From NCBI RefSeq assembly GCF_025244685.1, contig NZ_CP104202.1, forward strand, positions 1,748,471-1,812,470: a DNA stretch of 64,000 nt, in the 5' to 3' direction. The notes under the pieces were generated by a model that was not told where the DNA came from, did no database searches, and saw only the letters and a program-made list of their open reading frames with translations. A program made the translations under genes and the position numbers. Source of the stretch: Chlorobaculum sp. MV4-Y. GTDB taxonomy: Bacteria > Bacteroidota > Chlorobiia > Chlorobiales > Chlorobiaceae. Below, piece after piece: positions 52,462-63,562 of the stretch (positions are counted from its first letter, which is position 1; every line of letters begins with the position of its first letter).

Positions 52462-53766
52462 CTACTGCCTCAGCGACTCGATCAGGCTGAAGAAGTTCGG
52501 GAACGACACGCCTGCCACTTCGCGATCCGAGAGGCGTAGCGACGCGCCTGCGGCTTCGGCGGCAATGGCAAAGCTCATGGCGATGCGGTGGTCATCGAAG
52601 CACTCGATCTCCACCTCTTCGCGGTTGACCGTCGGGCGCCCCTTGACCACGAAGCCGTCAGGATACTGCTCGCACTCGAAGCCGAGGCGCTCCAGATTCA
52701 CGACCAGCGCGTCGATGCGGTCGCTCTCCTTGGTGCGCAGTTCGGCAGCGTTGTGCAGCTCGAACTCGCCCGAGGCGAATGCCGAAAGCACGGCGAGCAT
52801 CGGCAGTTCGTCGATCACGCCCGCCACGACGCCGTGATCGCTGATGCGCAGCGGCTTCAAGCCGGAGCAGCTCCGGACGGCGATGTCACCCACCGGCTCG
52901 CCGCCCTCCGAGCGCACATTCTCGATGCCGAGACCCGCACCCGCCTCCTGAAGCACATCAATGTAGGCCACGCGCGTCGGGTTGAGGCAGACGTCGCGCA
53001 GCACGACTTCCGAGCGCTTGCCGAGCAGGCCGAGCGCGATCATAAAGCAGGCCGCCGACGGATCGGCAGGCACGCTGAATGGCTTGGCGGCAATCGGCTT
53101 GCGCCCGTCGATAATGATCTCGCGGACGCCGTCGGGGCGGTCGATGGTTTCGAGGCCAAGCATCAACTCGGTGTGGTCGCGCGAACGGATCGGCTCGATG
53201 ATCTTCGACTGGCCGTCGGCGTGCAGCGCCGCGAAGGCCACGAGCGACTTCACCTGCGCGGAAGGCACCGGGAGATGGTACTCGATCGTCTTCAGCGCTT
53301 TGGAGCCGTGGATGACGACCGGCGCGGTTCCGGCGTCGGAGAGCGAAATCTTCGCACCCATCTGGCGCAGCGGGTCGGCGACGCGCTTCATCGGACGCTT
53401 CATCAGCGAAGCGTCGCCCACCAGCTCACTCCGGAAAGGCTGCGCGGCAAGAATACCCGCCATCATGCGCATGGTGCTGCCGGAGTTGTTGCACATCAGC
53501 GGCACGGAAGGCTCGCGGAAGCTCCACAGGCCATTTGACTTGATCACGACATGGCGGACGATCCGCCAGTCACCGCCGGAAAGCTCCTCCTGTCGAATGG
53601 AAATACCGGCATCCCTCAGCACCGACAGGGTTGACTGGTTGTCGTATCCACCCGAAAAGTTGGAAATCTCGGTCGTGCCTTCGGCGAGCGCGCCGATAAG
53701 CGCGGCGCGATGCGAAATCGATTTGTCCGGCGGAAGGGTCGTCACCTCGCCCTGAAAAATGCTCAT
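52462..53766 (-). CDS. aroA: 3-phosphoshikimate 1-carboxyvinyltransferase (EPSP synthase)
   Basis: [17 protein letters not shown]-terminal motif. 434 aa. Confidence 0.9.
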   Translation of the reverse strand: MSIFQGEVTTLPPDKSISHRAALIGALAEGTTEISNFSGGYDNQSTLSVLRDAGISIRQEELSGGDWRIVRHVVIKSNGLWSFREPSVPLMCNNSGSTMRMMAGILAAQPFRSELVGDASLMKRPMKRVADPLRQMGAKISLSDAGTAPVVIHGSKALKTIEYHLPVPSAQVKSLVAFAALHADGQSKIIEPIRSRDHTELMLGLETIDRPDGVREIIIDGRKPIAAKPFSVPADPSAACFMIALGLLGKRSEVVLRDVCLNPTRVAYIDVLQEAGAGLGIENVRSEGGEPVGDIAVRSCSGLKPLRISDHGVVAGVIDELPMLAVLSAFASGEFELHNAAELRTKESDRIDALVVNLERLGFECEQYPDGFVVKGRPTVNREEVEIECFDDHRIAMSFAIAAEAAGASLRLSDREVAGVSFPNFFSLIESLRQ

Positions 53767-53791
53767 TGCTGGCTGTTTTTGAGTTCGATAA

Positions 53792-53822
53792 AAAAAGCAG
53801 CCCCAAGGGAGCTGCTTTTCAA
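53792..53822. terminator. Rho-independent terminator (bidirectional form)
   Basis: AAAAAAGCAGCCCCAAGGGAGCTGCTTTTC, downstream of rpsU. Confidence 0.7.
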
Positions 53823-53840
53823 TACTGAATTCCTGAAAAA

Positions 53841-54038
53841 TCAGGAGTTGCGCTCTTCGTTCGCGCGCTGTGCGCGACGCTTGCTTCTTGAACGCTTCAG
53901 ACGGTTGTCGATTGAAGGCTTCACGAAGTACGCCTTTTTACGAAACTCCTTCAGAACACCTGCTCTCTCGTATTTCTTTTTGAAACGTTTGAGCATCTTG
54001 TCAATCGATTCATTTTCATTTACCTGAACGCTGACCAA
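53841..54038 (-). CDS. rpsU: 30S ribosomal protein S21
   Basis: 65 aa, [22 protein letters not shown]... Confidence 0.9.
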   Translation of the reverse strand: MVSVQVNENESIDKMLKRFKKKYERAGVLKEFRKKAYFVKPSIDNRLKRSRSKRRAQRANEERNS

Positions 54039-54070
54039 TGAAATTCACCCCCTTACCTGTGATTCGACTC

Positions 54071-54631
54071 TTAACGCCGTAATTTGAGTTTGATAATATC
54101 CGTAACCGACTCGATGCTTTTCGGCTTGCCCTGGTTGAGCTGCACGTTTTCGAGAAGCTGCTTCCGGCCGCTTTTGCAAAATTCCACGATGATGACATGC
54201 GCGCCGCTTCCGGTCACCTGCTTTTCACGAACCACCCCCACTTCATCAAGGGATTTGTGATACAATGCATCCCCCTGCGCATAGATTCCATGAGGAGTAT
54301 AGAGCTGGCAATCCTCGGGCTTCAGCTCGTTGGGACTCAGATCCTTGTCGATCTGTATCTGCCACTCATTGAGAAGATGCACCTGGTTGCAGGAGGTGCA
54401 CCGGATCCAGTACTGGTTCTCGGCGGCCGAAGCCTCCTCTTCCGCGACCGGATTCTTCTCCTTCGACTTTTTATCGGACAATCCGAAAAGCGGATCCTCA
54501 TCCTTGGGCTTGTCGCTCGGCTTCCATTCGCCGACAAACACCTGCACGGTGACACAGCCACAGCCGTCGCAAAAGCCAGGCTTGATCTTGCCTTCGAGTA
54601 TGTACTGCCTTTTTCTTGACTCTACCTTCAT
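54071..54631 (-). CDS. hypothetical zinc-ribbon protein
   Basis: CDGCGC...CTSC Cys pairs. 186 aa, Lys/Glu-rich. Confidence 0.4.
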   Translation of the reverse strand: MKVESRKRQYILEGKIKPGFCDGCGCVTVQVFVGEWKPSDKPKDEDPLFGLSDKKSKEKNPVAEEEASAAENQYWIRCTSCNQVHLLNEWQIQIDKDLSPNELKPEDCQLYTPHGIYAQGDALYHKSLDEVGVVREKQVTGSGAHVIIVEFCKSGRKQLLENVQLNQGKPKSIESVTDIIKLKLRR

Positions 54632-54888
54632 AAATGTCGCTGTTGTTGGAGTGCATATCCCTGCACTCTGTCATGCGTTTGCACAAGGTTCGGAAGTACT
54701 TTCCTGAACAGGTTCCGGGGACGTTACCCGATTCAGGCCATCGATCGTGCCTCATGCCCAAGGAAATGTGGCTTCAGCAGGCAGGCATGCCGGAACCATA
54801 GCTGATGATAGTTCCGTAAAACTCTCTGCTCAGGAGTGCTTAGATAAGTAAATCACCCAAAAAAACAACCATATAATTCAAGCAGACT

Positions 54889-56259
54889 TCACTTGTGAGT
54901 CAGCACGTCGATAAGGTCTGATTTGTTAATCAGTTGCAGGCGACCATCGCTGAGGCTGATAAGCACGCCGGATGCATTTGCCTGTAATTTTTCCGACAGC
55001 TCGGAAATGGTTGCATCGGGCTGGCAGACCGGGAACGGCTTTTCCATGAAGGCAACCACCTTGGCGTTCATGGCCGAATCGTTCTCGATGAGAATGGAGA
55101 GAATCCTGTTTTCACTGATGCTGCCGATGGGGGCGCCGAACGAAACAATGGGCATCTGGGAGACGTCATTCTGCTTCATTGTTTCGAAAACCTCGGCAAG
55201 CGTCTGCTCGGGCTGGGCGAAAATGAGGTCTTTGCGGGCCTTGCGCTGGAGGATGTCGTCCGCCGTGATCTGGTCGAGCGCGGTTTTGGCTTTGCGGTAA
55301 AATCCCTGACGCCGCATCCAGTCGTCGTTGTACATGCGCGACAGGTCATAGCCGCCGAAATCGGTCATCATCACCACCACCAGCGCGTCATCGCCGTACG
55401 ACTCGCCCTCGCGAAGAGCGGCGGCCATCGCCGCGCCGGAGGCTCCGCCCGCGAAGACCACTTCGGCACGCAGCAGCTCACGCCCGCAGTTGAAGGCGTC
55501 GGCATCGCTCACCTGCACGATCCGGTCGATCACCTCGGGGTCCCAGAAGGAGGTCGGCTTCACCGCGCCAATATCTTCGAGCTGAAACGCCGATGGACAG
55601 CCCTGGCTTTTGCCGCCGTGAAGATCGCCGTAAACCGAACCCACCGGCTCGACGCCGATGATCTGAACCTCCGGATTGACCGACTTGAAGTAGCGTCCGA
55701 TCCCTGAGATCATCGCACCGGAGGCCATAGGCACGAAGATGTGCGTCACCTTGCCCTCGGTCTGCCGGAAGATCTCAGGCCCAGTACCATCCTGATGCAC
55801 CTGACGGCTGACCGGATTTTGGTACATGTTGGCGAACCAGGCGTTTGGCAGCGTGCGGACGAGGTTCTCGGCTACATCGACGCAGCTTTGCAGATCGCCG
55901 GGCAGCGCCTCGGACGGGGTGAGCACCAGCTCCGCGCCCAGCGCCCGAAGTACCTCCTGCTTCTCGCGGCAGATGCTCTCCGGCGCGGCAAGCAACACTT
56001 TGTAGCCCCGGCTGACGGCGGCCATCGCCAGAGCAATGCCGCTGCTGCCAAAGGTCCAGTCCACGAGCGTCATGCCGGGATGAATCGCCCCACGCTCCTC
56101 GGCATCACGCACGATGGCCCCCGAAACCCGGCAATAGTGCGAAAAGCAGGGGTTCATGTATTCGAGCTTCGCCATGAACCGTGCACGCTTCTGCCGGGTA
56201 AGCTGCTTCATGAGAACCAGCGGAGTGTTGTCCGAGATGTCAAAAATGTCGTTGGTCAT
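54889..56259 (-). CDS. PLP-dependent cysteine synthase/cystathionine beta-synthase family protein with C-terminal CBS pair
   Basis: Fold-II PLP enzyme N-terminus, glycine-rich loop, C-terminal CBS domains. Confidence 0.7.
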   Translation of the reverse strand: MTNDIFDISDNTPLVLMKQLTRQKRARFMAKLEYMNPCFSHYCRVSGAIVRDAEERGAIHPGMTLVDWTFGSSGIALAMAAVSRGYKVLLAAPESICREKQEVLRALGAELVLTPSEALPGDLQSCVDVAENLVRTLPNAWFANMYQNPVSRQVHQDGTGPEIFRQTEGKVTHIFVPMASGAMISGIGRYFKSVNPEVQIIGVEPVGSVYGDLHGGKSQGCPSAFQLEDIGAVKPTSFWDPEVIDRIVQVSDADAFNCGRELLRAEVVFAGGASGAAMAAALREGESYGDDALVVVMMTDFGGYDLSRMYNDDWMRRQGFYRKAKTALDQITADDILQRKARKDLIFAQPEQTLAEVFETMKQNDVSQMPIVSFGAPIGSISENRILSILIENDSAMNAKVVAFMEKPFPVCQPDATISELSEKLQANASGVLISLSDGRLQLINKSDLIDVLTHK

Positions 56260-56422
56260 GGCGCTCGATACTCTGATAATGGTTTTTTCGTGAATAATAA
56301 TACATATAACAATAATTGTCCATTTCCGTCAGTTGATCGCCATTGTTTTGAAAATCATGGGCAAAAAGCGTTTTTTAGAGCATGTCCGGCTTCCGGCCTG
56401 AACCTCAACCATAAAAACCCTT

Positions 56423-57574
56423 GTGAGCGCCAGTCACGAACAGAACTCCGCCGCCGCACCGAACGACCCTAACCTCTCGGAAGCGCTCATTTCACTCGGC
56501 AATCTCCGCCACAACCTCGCCTGCATCCGAGCCATCACCGGGCCGCAATGCCGTGTCATGGGCATCGTCAAGGCCAACGCTTATGGCCATGGTGCCACGA
56601 AGGTCACTGCGACGCTTGAAGAGGAGGGGGTGCGGGATTTCGGCGTAGCCAACATTTACGAAGCGATCGAGCTTCGTCAGGAGCACCTGATGCTGCCGGA
56701 CTCGCGCATCCTCGCTTTCGCCTCGCCTCTCACCAGACATATCGATCTGTATCTGCAACACGGCGTGGAAATGACCATCTGCGACCACGAAACTGCCCGA
56801 ACGGCCGAATCGATTGCCGCCGCGAGCGGTGGACGGCTCCGGGTACAGCTCAAGGTCGATACCGGTATGGGGCGGCTCGGCGTCACCCCCGAAGAAGCAG
56901 CGGGACTGCTGGAACTGATCGAGGCCTGCCCGAACCTTGAGCTGACCGGCATCTACACCCACTTCGCTGAAAACGACAAGCCTGAAGGATTCACGGCCCG
57001 GCAACTCGAACGTTTCCTGCAGGTAACCGGTGCTTACGAGCACCGAACGGGCAAAACCGTGACGAAGCACGCTGCAAACAGCGGAGCCATTATCTCGATG
57101 CCCGACGCACGGCTCGACATGGTGCGCCCCGGCATTCTGCTCTATGGCTGCCACCCGGCTGACGCCGCACCGTCGCCCGTGCCCGTCAGGCCGGTGATGC
57201 AGTTCCAGAGCCGGGTGATCTTCGTCAAAAAGGTACCCGCAGGCACGGCTGTCAGCTACAACCGCACGTGGAGCGCGCCTGAAGCAACACGAATCGCGAC
57301 GATCTCCGCCGGATATGCCGACGGCTTCCACCGCGCGCTTTCCAACCGGACGCGGGTGAGCATCGGCGGAAAAAGCTTCCCACAAGTCGGCACGGTCACA
57401 ATGGACCAGACAATGATCGATCTCGGTAGCGACCGCTCGGTCAAGGTCGGCGACACGGCGGTGCTCTTCGGCTGGGATGGCCCGACGGCTGGCGAACAGG
57501 CCATTGCCGCCGGAACGATCAGCTACGAACTGCTCTGCTCCGTCTCGCGCCGGGTGCGAAGGATTTTTGTGTGA
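56423..57574 (+). CDS. alr: alanine racemase
   Basis: VMGIVKANAYGHG PLP-lysine motif. GTG start. Confidence 0.85.
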   Translation: MSASHEQNSAAAPNDPNLSEALISLGNLRHNLACIRAITGPQCRVMGIVKANAYGHGATKVTATLEEEGVRDFGVANIYEAIELRQEHLMLPDSRILAFASPLTRHIDLYLQHGVEMTICDHETARTAESIAAASGGRLRVQLKVDTGMGRLGVTPEEAAGLLELIEACPNLELTGIYTHFAENDKPEGFTARQLERFLQVTGAYEHRTGKTVTKHAANSGAIISMPDARLDMVRPGILLYGCHPADAAPSPVPVRPVMQFQSRVIFVKKVPAGTAVSYNRTWSAPEATRIATISAGYADGFHRALSNRTRVSIGGKSFPQVGTVTMDQTMIDLGSDRSVKVGDTAVLFGWDGPTAGEQAIAAGTISYELLCSVSRRVRRIFV

Positions 57575-57635
57575 ACAACATCGCGCTTGCGATGAGCTGA
57601 AAATACCCCTTACAACAACAGAACTTTCAACCCCT

Positions 57636-58151
57636 ATGAAAATTCTGGACAACCTCGCCGTGAAACTCGGCGTCACCAGGGCGGAGATGACCGCCGTCAC
57701 GCTGCTCACCTTTTTCCTGCTGCTCGGCGGAGCGCTGAAGTACAGCGGCTCGGTGCAGGATGCCGACAAGGCGATCGCGAAAGCCGAAACGGCCCGCTAC
57801 TCCGAAGCCGAGGTGGACAGCCTGCTCGCGCTGGCCATGAAGCCCGACGATGCGGTGGCCGCCGAACCGCCCGGCGTTGCCGCGAACGACGCGGAGCCGG
57901 AAGAGTCCGCGACAAAATCGTCGGCAAGGCGTACATCGAAAAAACAGTTTTCCGGAACTATCGTCTTCCGCACGGCGTCGGCCTCACAACTCCAGATGAT
58001 CCCAGGCGTTGGCCCGGTGATGGCCAAGCGCCTTATCGAGTTCCGAAAACAGAATGGGGGAAAAGTCGAACATTTTAACGATTTTCTGAAAGTCAAAGGA
58101 GTCGGAAAGAAGAAGCTCGAACTCCTCCAAAAGCATCTTACCCTCAACTGA
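57636..58151 (+). CDS. comEA: ComEA-like helix-hairpin-helix DNA-binding protein
   Basis: Start MKILDN, TM anchor, C-terminal tandem HhH (IPGVGPVMAKRLIEFR...VKGVGKKKLE). Confidence 0.7.
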   Translation: MKILDNLAVKLGVTRAEMTAVTLLTFFLLLGGALKYSGSVQDADKAIAKAETARYSEAEVDSLLALAMKPDDAVAAEPPGVAANDAEPEESATKSSARRTSKKQFSGTIVFRTASASQLQMIPGVGPVMAKRLIEFRKQNGGKVEHFNDFLKVKGVGKKKLELLQKHLTLN

Positions 58152-59020
58152 TGAGCCGAAGCCAGACAGCCTGTGCGTTCGACGCGAGCAGCACCACCAT
58201 AACGCGAGTCAAATCGACCGGTCACGGCTCGTTTACGATGACCATGTGCCGCACCATCAATGGAGGGCTTGACGATCTGGGCGGCCCGAGAGGCTCCAGG
58301 CTCGCCGGAAAGCTCCTCTCAGCGCTCAAAGAGTGGCGAAACGAACCGATCGCTCTCAGCTTTTCCCCCGCAGGACTCATGACCCTCCCTGCCTGGTTCC
58401 CGTCCGGAAGCTCTGCCGAATACTGCGACAGCCTGTGCAAGATCGAGGCAGGCTATTTCCTCGACGAGGCCGATAAATGGCAGTGGCACAATATGGCGCT
58501 GGAGCCAGGCCCTGACCAGCCCTCCGGACTGGATCGGCGGATGCTGCTCTTCTATCCGGTCAAACCGGCGCAATTCATTGAAAACGAGCTGTTGAAGCAT
58601 GGTAACGTTGGCTGGCGGGGAGTGCATGTCGAAGCAGTGGCCCGGCTCTCCGGCGTGACAGGCGAAACGCTGGCTGTGCTGGAACTCGAAGAGCACTACG
58701 CGGCGCTGTACATTTCGACGAACGGTAAAATCAGCTATTTCCAGTACTGGCCGGTGAAGGATGGAAGTGAACGGGAGTACTTTGCCGTCACGGAGCTGAC
58801 CTCCGCCCCCCTCAACGGAGCGCCCGTCAGAGTAACCGGCTCGGCGGCGAGCGCAAAAGTCATCGAACGCATCAGCCGCGAAACCTCGCGGGCCATAGAG
58901 CCCCTTGAGCTGCACCCTTGGGTATCAGCGGAAAAAGGAGCCAACAAAGGGAAATCACCGACTGCCACCATCCGCGCCGTCAGCACAGCAATTCTGGCGC
59001 TGAACAGCGCCGCAAACTGA
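58151..59020 (+). CDS. hypothetical protein
   Basis: 289-aa ORF whose start overlaps the comEA stop. No domain recognised. Confidence 0.4.
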   Translation: MSRSQTACAFDASSTTITRVKSTGHGSFTMTMCRTINGGLDDLGGPRGSRLAGKLLSALKEWRNEPIALSFSPAGLMTLPAWFPSGSSAEYCDSLCKIEAGYFLDEADKWQWHNMALEPGPDQPSGLDRRMLLFYPVKPAQFIENELLKHGNVGWRGVHVEAVARLSGVTGETLAVLELEEHYAALYISTNGKISYFQYWPVKDGSEREYFAVTELTSAPLNGAPVRVTGSAASAKVIERISRETSRAIEPLELHPWVSAEKGANKGKSPTATIRAVSTAILALNSAAN

Positions 59021-59100
59021 GGGGTTCACACTCTTCTTTCCATTGCCATCCCTGCTTTTCTTGCCGTCCTTTTTGTCCCTTTCACGTTCTGCCCCTCACT

Positions 59101-59191
59101 TGTAGAGGCAGGCCTTGCGCCTGCCCTTCCCCGACTACACAATTCATCGGAAAAAGAAAGGGCAGCCACAAGAGCCGCCCCTACAATGAAT
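59101..59191. repeat. about 85-bp palindromic intergenic element TGTAGAGG...CCCCTACA
   Basis: Related to 15123-15207: TGTAGAGGCAGGCCTTGCGCCTGCCC...AAAAAGAAAGGGCAGCC...GCCCCTACAATGAAT. Confidence 0.6.
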
Positions 59192-59211
59192 TCACGCCCT
59201 AAAGCAAATCC

Positions 59212-60228
59212 TCACAGATTCCCCACCAGCAGCTCGGCGATCTGCACGGCGTTGGTGGCGGCGCCTTTGCGGAGGTTGTCGGCGACGATCCAGAGGTTCA
59301 GCGTGCGCGGGTGCCAGTAGTCCGGGCGCAGGCGGCCCACGAACACCTCGTCACGCTCGTAGGCGGTCATCGGCATCGGATAGAGGCGGGCCGAAGGGTC
59401 GTCCTGCATAACGATGCCCGGCGAGCCAGCGAGCAAGGCGCGCACCTCGTCGATGTCGAAGTCGCTCTTCAGCTCGACGTTCAGCGATTCGCCGTGGCCG
59501 CCGTAAACCGGAATGCGCACGGTGGTCGGCGAGACCTGGATGGTGTCGTCGTCCATGATCTTCTTGGTCTCGTTGACCATCTTCATCTCCTCCTTCGTGT
59601 AACCGTTCTCGGTGAAGGCGTCGATCTGCGGCACGGCGTTGAAGGCGATCTGGTGAAAGTGGGTGAACTCGTCGGGGATGTTGCCCGCCAGCTCGCTTTC
59701 GAGCGCGTCGCGCCCGGCCTTGCCTTTACCGGTCACCGACTGGTAGGTCGAAACCACCACGCGCCTGATGCCATAGGCGTCGTAGAGCGGCTTGAGCGCC
59801 ACCACCATCTGGATGGTCGAGCAGTTGGGATTGGCGATGATCGAGGCCGCCTTGCCTTCACGGTCAAAGATCGATTCGGGATTGACCTCCGGCACGACGA
59901 GCGGAATGCCCTCGTCCATGCGGAAGGCCGAGGAGTTGTCGATCACGATCGCGCCTGCCTCGGCGGCCACGGGTGCCCACTCCTTGCTGGCCGATGCGCC
60001 CGCCGAAAAGAGTGCAATGTCAACGCCCTGGAAAATCTCCGCCGACGGCACTTCGGTGACGAATTCGCGCCCATTGAAGGTGATCACTTCGCCCCGGCTG
60101 CGCGGCGAGGCGAGCGGCACCAGCTCGCTGACCGGAAAATTGCGCTCTTCGAGCACCTTGATCATGGTTCTGCCAACCAGGCCGGTTGCGCCAAGGACGG
60201 CTACTCGATAGCCTGCTTCACTGCTCAT
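59212..60228 (-). CDS. asd: aspartate-semialdehyde dehydrogenase
   Basis: VAVLGATGLVG N-terminus. 338 aa. Confidence 0.9.
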   Translation of the reverse strand: MSSEAGYRVAVLGATGLVGRTMIKVLEERNFPVSELVPLASPRSRGEVITFNGREFVTEVPSAEIFQGVDIALFSAGASASKEWAPVAAEAGAIVIDNSSAFRMDEGIPLVVPEVNPESIFDREGKAASIIANPNCSTIQMVVALKPLYDAYGIRRVVVSTYQSVTGKGKAGRDALESELAGNIPDEFTHFHQIAFNAVPQIDAFTENGYTKEEMKMVNETKKIMDDDTIQVSPTTVRIPVYGGHGESLNVELKSDFDIDEVRALLAGSPGIVMQDDPSARLYPMPMTAYERDEVFVGRLRPDYWHPRTLNLWIVADNLRKGAATNAVQIAELLVGNL

Positions 60229-60250
60229 AAACGTAAGAATGGATGATGGT

Positions 60251-61309
60251 TTAGTAATTCAGAATCAGTCTGGGCGAATGATCGTTCAAATTTTCACCTC
60301 CCTCCTTCAGCAGCCCCTCGCGGTCAAGCGCTTCGCACGTTGCCTCGAACTCGCGGAGCAGCTCGACGATCACCGCCGGATCGGGTTCGCGCACCAGCAG
60401 GTTGCGAACTTTCGAGACACCGGGAAGTCCTTTAAGATACGTGGAATAGTGCCGACGCATTTCGAGCACGCCATGTTTCTCGCCCTTGTACTCCAGCGAC
60501 AGGCGTAAATGCTCGCGCGCGGCTTCGATACGGTCGCGGTATGACGGAGCTGGAAGATGCACGCCCTCTTTGACCAGACTTTTCGCCTGCGCGAAGATGA
60601 AGGGATTGCCGATCGAAGCGCGCCCGATCATGATGCCGTCCGCGCCGGTTTCGGCGAACATCGCCACGGCGTCGTCCGCGCTCCAGACGTCGCCGTTGGC
60701 GATCAGCGGAATCGAGCACGCCTGCTTCGCTTTGGCGATACGCCCCCAGTCGGCCCGCCCCTTGTACATGTCGCTGCGCGTGCGCCCGTGCACCGCGACC
60801 GCCTGGATGCCAGCATCTTCGAGCCGCCTAACGGTGTCGGTGATATTGATCGAGTCGTGATCCCACCCGATGCGCGTTTTCGCTGTCACCGGCAGGCTGA
60901 CGGCATTGACCACCGCCGAAGCGATCTCCGAAAGCTTCTCCGGCTCCTTCAGCAAGGCCGCGCCCGCGCCGCGCCCGGCCACCTTTTTCACCGGGCAACC
61001 AAAGTTGATGTCGAGATAGTCCGGCTCGTAGGTTTCGGCAATCGCCGCCGCCTCAACCATCGACTCGACCGTGCTGCCGAAAATCTGCACCGCGACCGGC
61101 CGTTCGTGGGCGTCCACGGTGAGCTTGCGGATCGACTTCTCCGCGCCGCGCCGGAGCGCTTCGGCACTGATGAATTCGGTGTAGACGATGTCCGCCCCGT
61201 GCTGCTTGCAGAGCTGCCGGAAGGCCCGGTCGGTCACATCCTCCATGGGCGCGAGGATAACGGGACGGTCGATGTCGATCTGTCCGATGCGCATGGCGCT
61301 TTGTCCCAT
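60251..61309 (-). CDS. dusB: tRNA-dihydrouridine synthase
   Basis: ILAPMEDVTDRAFR Dus motif. TIM-barrel FMN enzyme. Confidence 0.85.
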   Translation of the reverse strand: MGQSAMRIGQIDIDRPVILAPMEDVTDRAFRQLCKQHGADIVYTEFISAEALRRGAEKSIRKLTVDAHERPVAVQIFGSTVESMVEAAAIAETYEPDYLDINFGCPVKKVAGRGAGAALLKEPEKLSEIASAVVNAVSLPVTAKTRIGWDHDSINITDTVRRLEDAGIQAVAVHGRTRSDMYKGRADWGRIAKAKQACSIPLIANGDVWSADDAVAMFAETGADGIMIGRASIGNPFIFAQAKSLVKEGVHLPAPSYRDRIEAAREHLRLSLEYKGEKHGVLEMRRHYSTYLKGLPGVSKVRNLLVREPDPAVIVELLREFEATCEALDREGLLKEGGENLNDHSPRLILNY

Positions 61310-62350
61310 TTATGCGGTTGGCATTCCGGTAAGCGTATCGCGAACCTGCTGGCGAATCGTGTTGCGCAGCGTCTCGTCCTCCTTCAGCAGCTTCTTGACA
61401 TTCTCGCGCCCCTGACCGAGCTTTTCAGTGCCATAACTGAACCACGCACCTGATTTCTTGATGATGCCGAACTCGACAGCCAGATCGATGAGCTCACCCA
61501 GCACCGAGATGCCTTCACCATAGAGAATGTCGAACTCGGCAGTCTTGAAGGGCGGAGCGACCTTGTTCTTGACCACCTTGACCTTGGTACGGTTGCCAAC
61601 CAACTCTTCGCCATCCTTGATCTGCGCAATCTTGCGGATGTCGAGCCGGACTGATGAGTAGAACTTCAGCGCCTTGCCTCCAGTGGTGGTCTCGGGGCTG
61701 CCGTACATCACGCCGATCTTGTCGCGTAGCTGATTGATGAAGATGCAGACGCTGCTCGACTTTGAGATCGCCCCGGTCAGCTTGCGCAGTGCCTGGCTCA
61801 TGAGGCGGGCCTGAAGTCCGACGACGCTGTCACCCATCTCGCCTTCGAGTTCGGCCTGCGGCACAAGCGCCGCTACCGAGTCGATAACGATGATGTCAAC
61901 CGCACCGCTGCGCACGAGCGTCTCGACGATGGAAAGCGCCTGCTCACCCGACTCGGGCTGACTGACCAGCAGGGCATTGATATCGACGCCGAGCTTGCGG
62001 GCGTAGGTCGGATCGAAAGCGTGCTCCGCATCGACCAGCGCCGCGATACCACCTGCTTTCTGCGCTTCGGCAATGGCATGCAGGGCGAGCGTGGTCTTGC
62101 CGGAGGATTCCGGGCCATAGATTTCGGTCACGCGGCCTCGCGGAAATCCGCCAACGCCTAGCGCATAGTCGAGCGCCATCGAACCGGTGGAAATCACCTG
62201 CACGTGCATGATGGCCGAGTCGTCGCCAAGACGCATGATTGCACCTTTCCCGAACTGCTTCTCGAGTGTCTCTATCGCGAGATTAAGCTGTTTGAGCCTG
62301 GCCGGATCGACGGCCGTCGGCTGTTGCTGCGGTGTTGTCTCTTTTTCCAT
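61310..62350 (-). CDS. recA: recombinase RecA
   Basis: Walker [11 protein letters not shown]1/L2 loops. 346 aa. Confidence 0.95.
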   Translation of the reverse strand: MEKETTPQQQPTAVDPARLKQLNLAIETLEKQFGKGAIMRLGDDSAIMHVQVISTGSMALDYALGVGGFPRGRVTEIYGPESSGKTTLALHAIAEAQKAGGIAALVDAEHAFDPTYARKLGVDINALLVSQPESGEQALSIVETLVRSGAVDIIVIDSVAALVPQAELEGEMGDSVVGLQARLMSQALRKLTGAISKSSSVCIFINQLRDKIGVMYGSPETTTGGKALKFYSSVRLDIRKIAQIKDGEELVGNRTKVKVVKNKVAPPFKTAEFDILYGEGISVLGELIDLAVEFGIIKKSGAWFSYGTEKLGQGRENVKKLLKEDETLRNTIRQQVRDTLTGMPTA

Positions 62351-62388
62351 AGGGGTATGCTCTGAATTTGTAAAAGTATGGCCCTGGT

Positions 62389-63390
62389 TTACTGCATAAT
62401 GGCGCTTCGAAGCGTCTCCTCGAATGGGCGGTACGACATGCCAAGCTCGTGCACCGAACGCTGGTTGCTGTAGCGGGACGAATGCGCGGCCTGCCTGAGA
62501 CTCTCGATGCTGATGAACGACGGACGCTGCGTCAGGAGCGACCAGAGTTCACCCCCGGCTCCAGCCGCCATTCCGGCCACTCCGCCGACCTTGTACGGTT
62601 TACCGCTCCGGCTGCCGGGCATCGCGGCGATCCGCTCGAACAGCTCGCGGAACGAGAGATTCTCGCCAACGATGATATAGCGCTCCCCCGCTTTTCCCTT
62701 CTGCCATGCGGCAATATGGGCGTCGGCCACGTCACGCACATCGACAAATCCTGTCGCGCCGTCGGGGCAGAGCGGGAGGCGGCCCTCGTAGATCATCCGG
62801 AGCACCTCGTTGGAACTGCTGCCGGGCATTCCCTGTTCGAGACTCTTGCCAATCACCACGCCGGGATTGACCATCACCACATCGAGCCCTTCGGCCACGC
62901 CGCGGCGGCATTCGAGCTCGGCCAGGTGCTTGGACTCCATGTACACGTTGTGACGCTGCCACTCGGTGAAGACGGTCTGCTCGTTGGACTCCGGAGCGCC
63001 GTCGTCTTTGTCTGACGAACCGACAGCGGCAATCGAGCTGGTGACGACCAGCCGCTTCACGCCCGCCTCCAGACAGGCATCGACAACGTGGCGGGTGCCG
63101 AGTACGTTGGTATCGTACAGCCGGTTGCGGAAATTTCTGGTGTAGGCAATCAGGCCTGCGCAGTGGAAAACTACCTCCGCGCCTTTGACCGCCTCGTTGA
63201 CAGCGACCGGATCGTGCATGTCAGCCCGGACGATCTCGACCGGTAAATTGCGGAGAAACGATGCGTCCGATCCCTCCCGAACGGTAACCCGGCAGCGGAC
63301 AGAGTCGCCGAGCCGTGCGATCATATCGACGAGAAGCCGCGCCCCTATGTAGCCGGTTGCACCGGTGATGAGAATCGGTATACTTGACAT
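62389..63390 (-). CDS. NAD-dependent epimerase/dehydratase family protein
   Basis: Start [16 protein letters not shown]. Confidence 0.7.
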   Translation of the reverse strand: MSSIPILITGATGYIGARLLVDMIARLGDSVRCRVTVREGSDASFLRNLPVEIVRADMHDPVAVNEAVKGAEVVFHCAGLIAYTRNFRNRLYDTNVLGTRHVVDACLEAGVKRLVVTSSIAAVGSSDKDDGAPESNEQTVFTEWQRHNVYMESKHLAELECRRGVAEGLDVVMVNPGVVIGKSLEQGMPGSSSNEVLRMIYEGRLPLCPDGATGFVDVRDVADAHIAAWQKGKAGERYIIVGENLSFRELFERIAAMPGSRSGKPYKVGGVAGMAAGAGGELWSLLTQRPSFISIESLRQAAHSSRYSNQRSVHELGMSYRPFEETLRSAIMQ

Positions 63391-63562
63391 GAAAAAATGA
63401 CGTGTCTGCAAAACCTTCCGTTTGGTCTTCCGTCCGCTTGTGGCGGCCCGGGAGATACCGCGGAACCGGCTGGAGCGCAATCCGTGCAGATGCGGCCCAG
63501 AGCCAATTTGTGCTTAATAATAAGAAGAATAACTTACATTGCACCCAAATCCATCCGCAATC

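Noticed and set aside
59311-60246. 311-aa ORF antisense to asd; also 60557..61453 (antisense to dus), 31614..32489 (antisense to SPFH), 36776..37657, 52588..53538 (antisense to aroA), 21151..21705 and 21805..22521 (antisense to U32 and hydB)
   Set aside because: All overlap confidently assigned genes on the opposite strand and have Arg/Ala/Gly/His-rich compositions typical of spurious high-GC ORFs.
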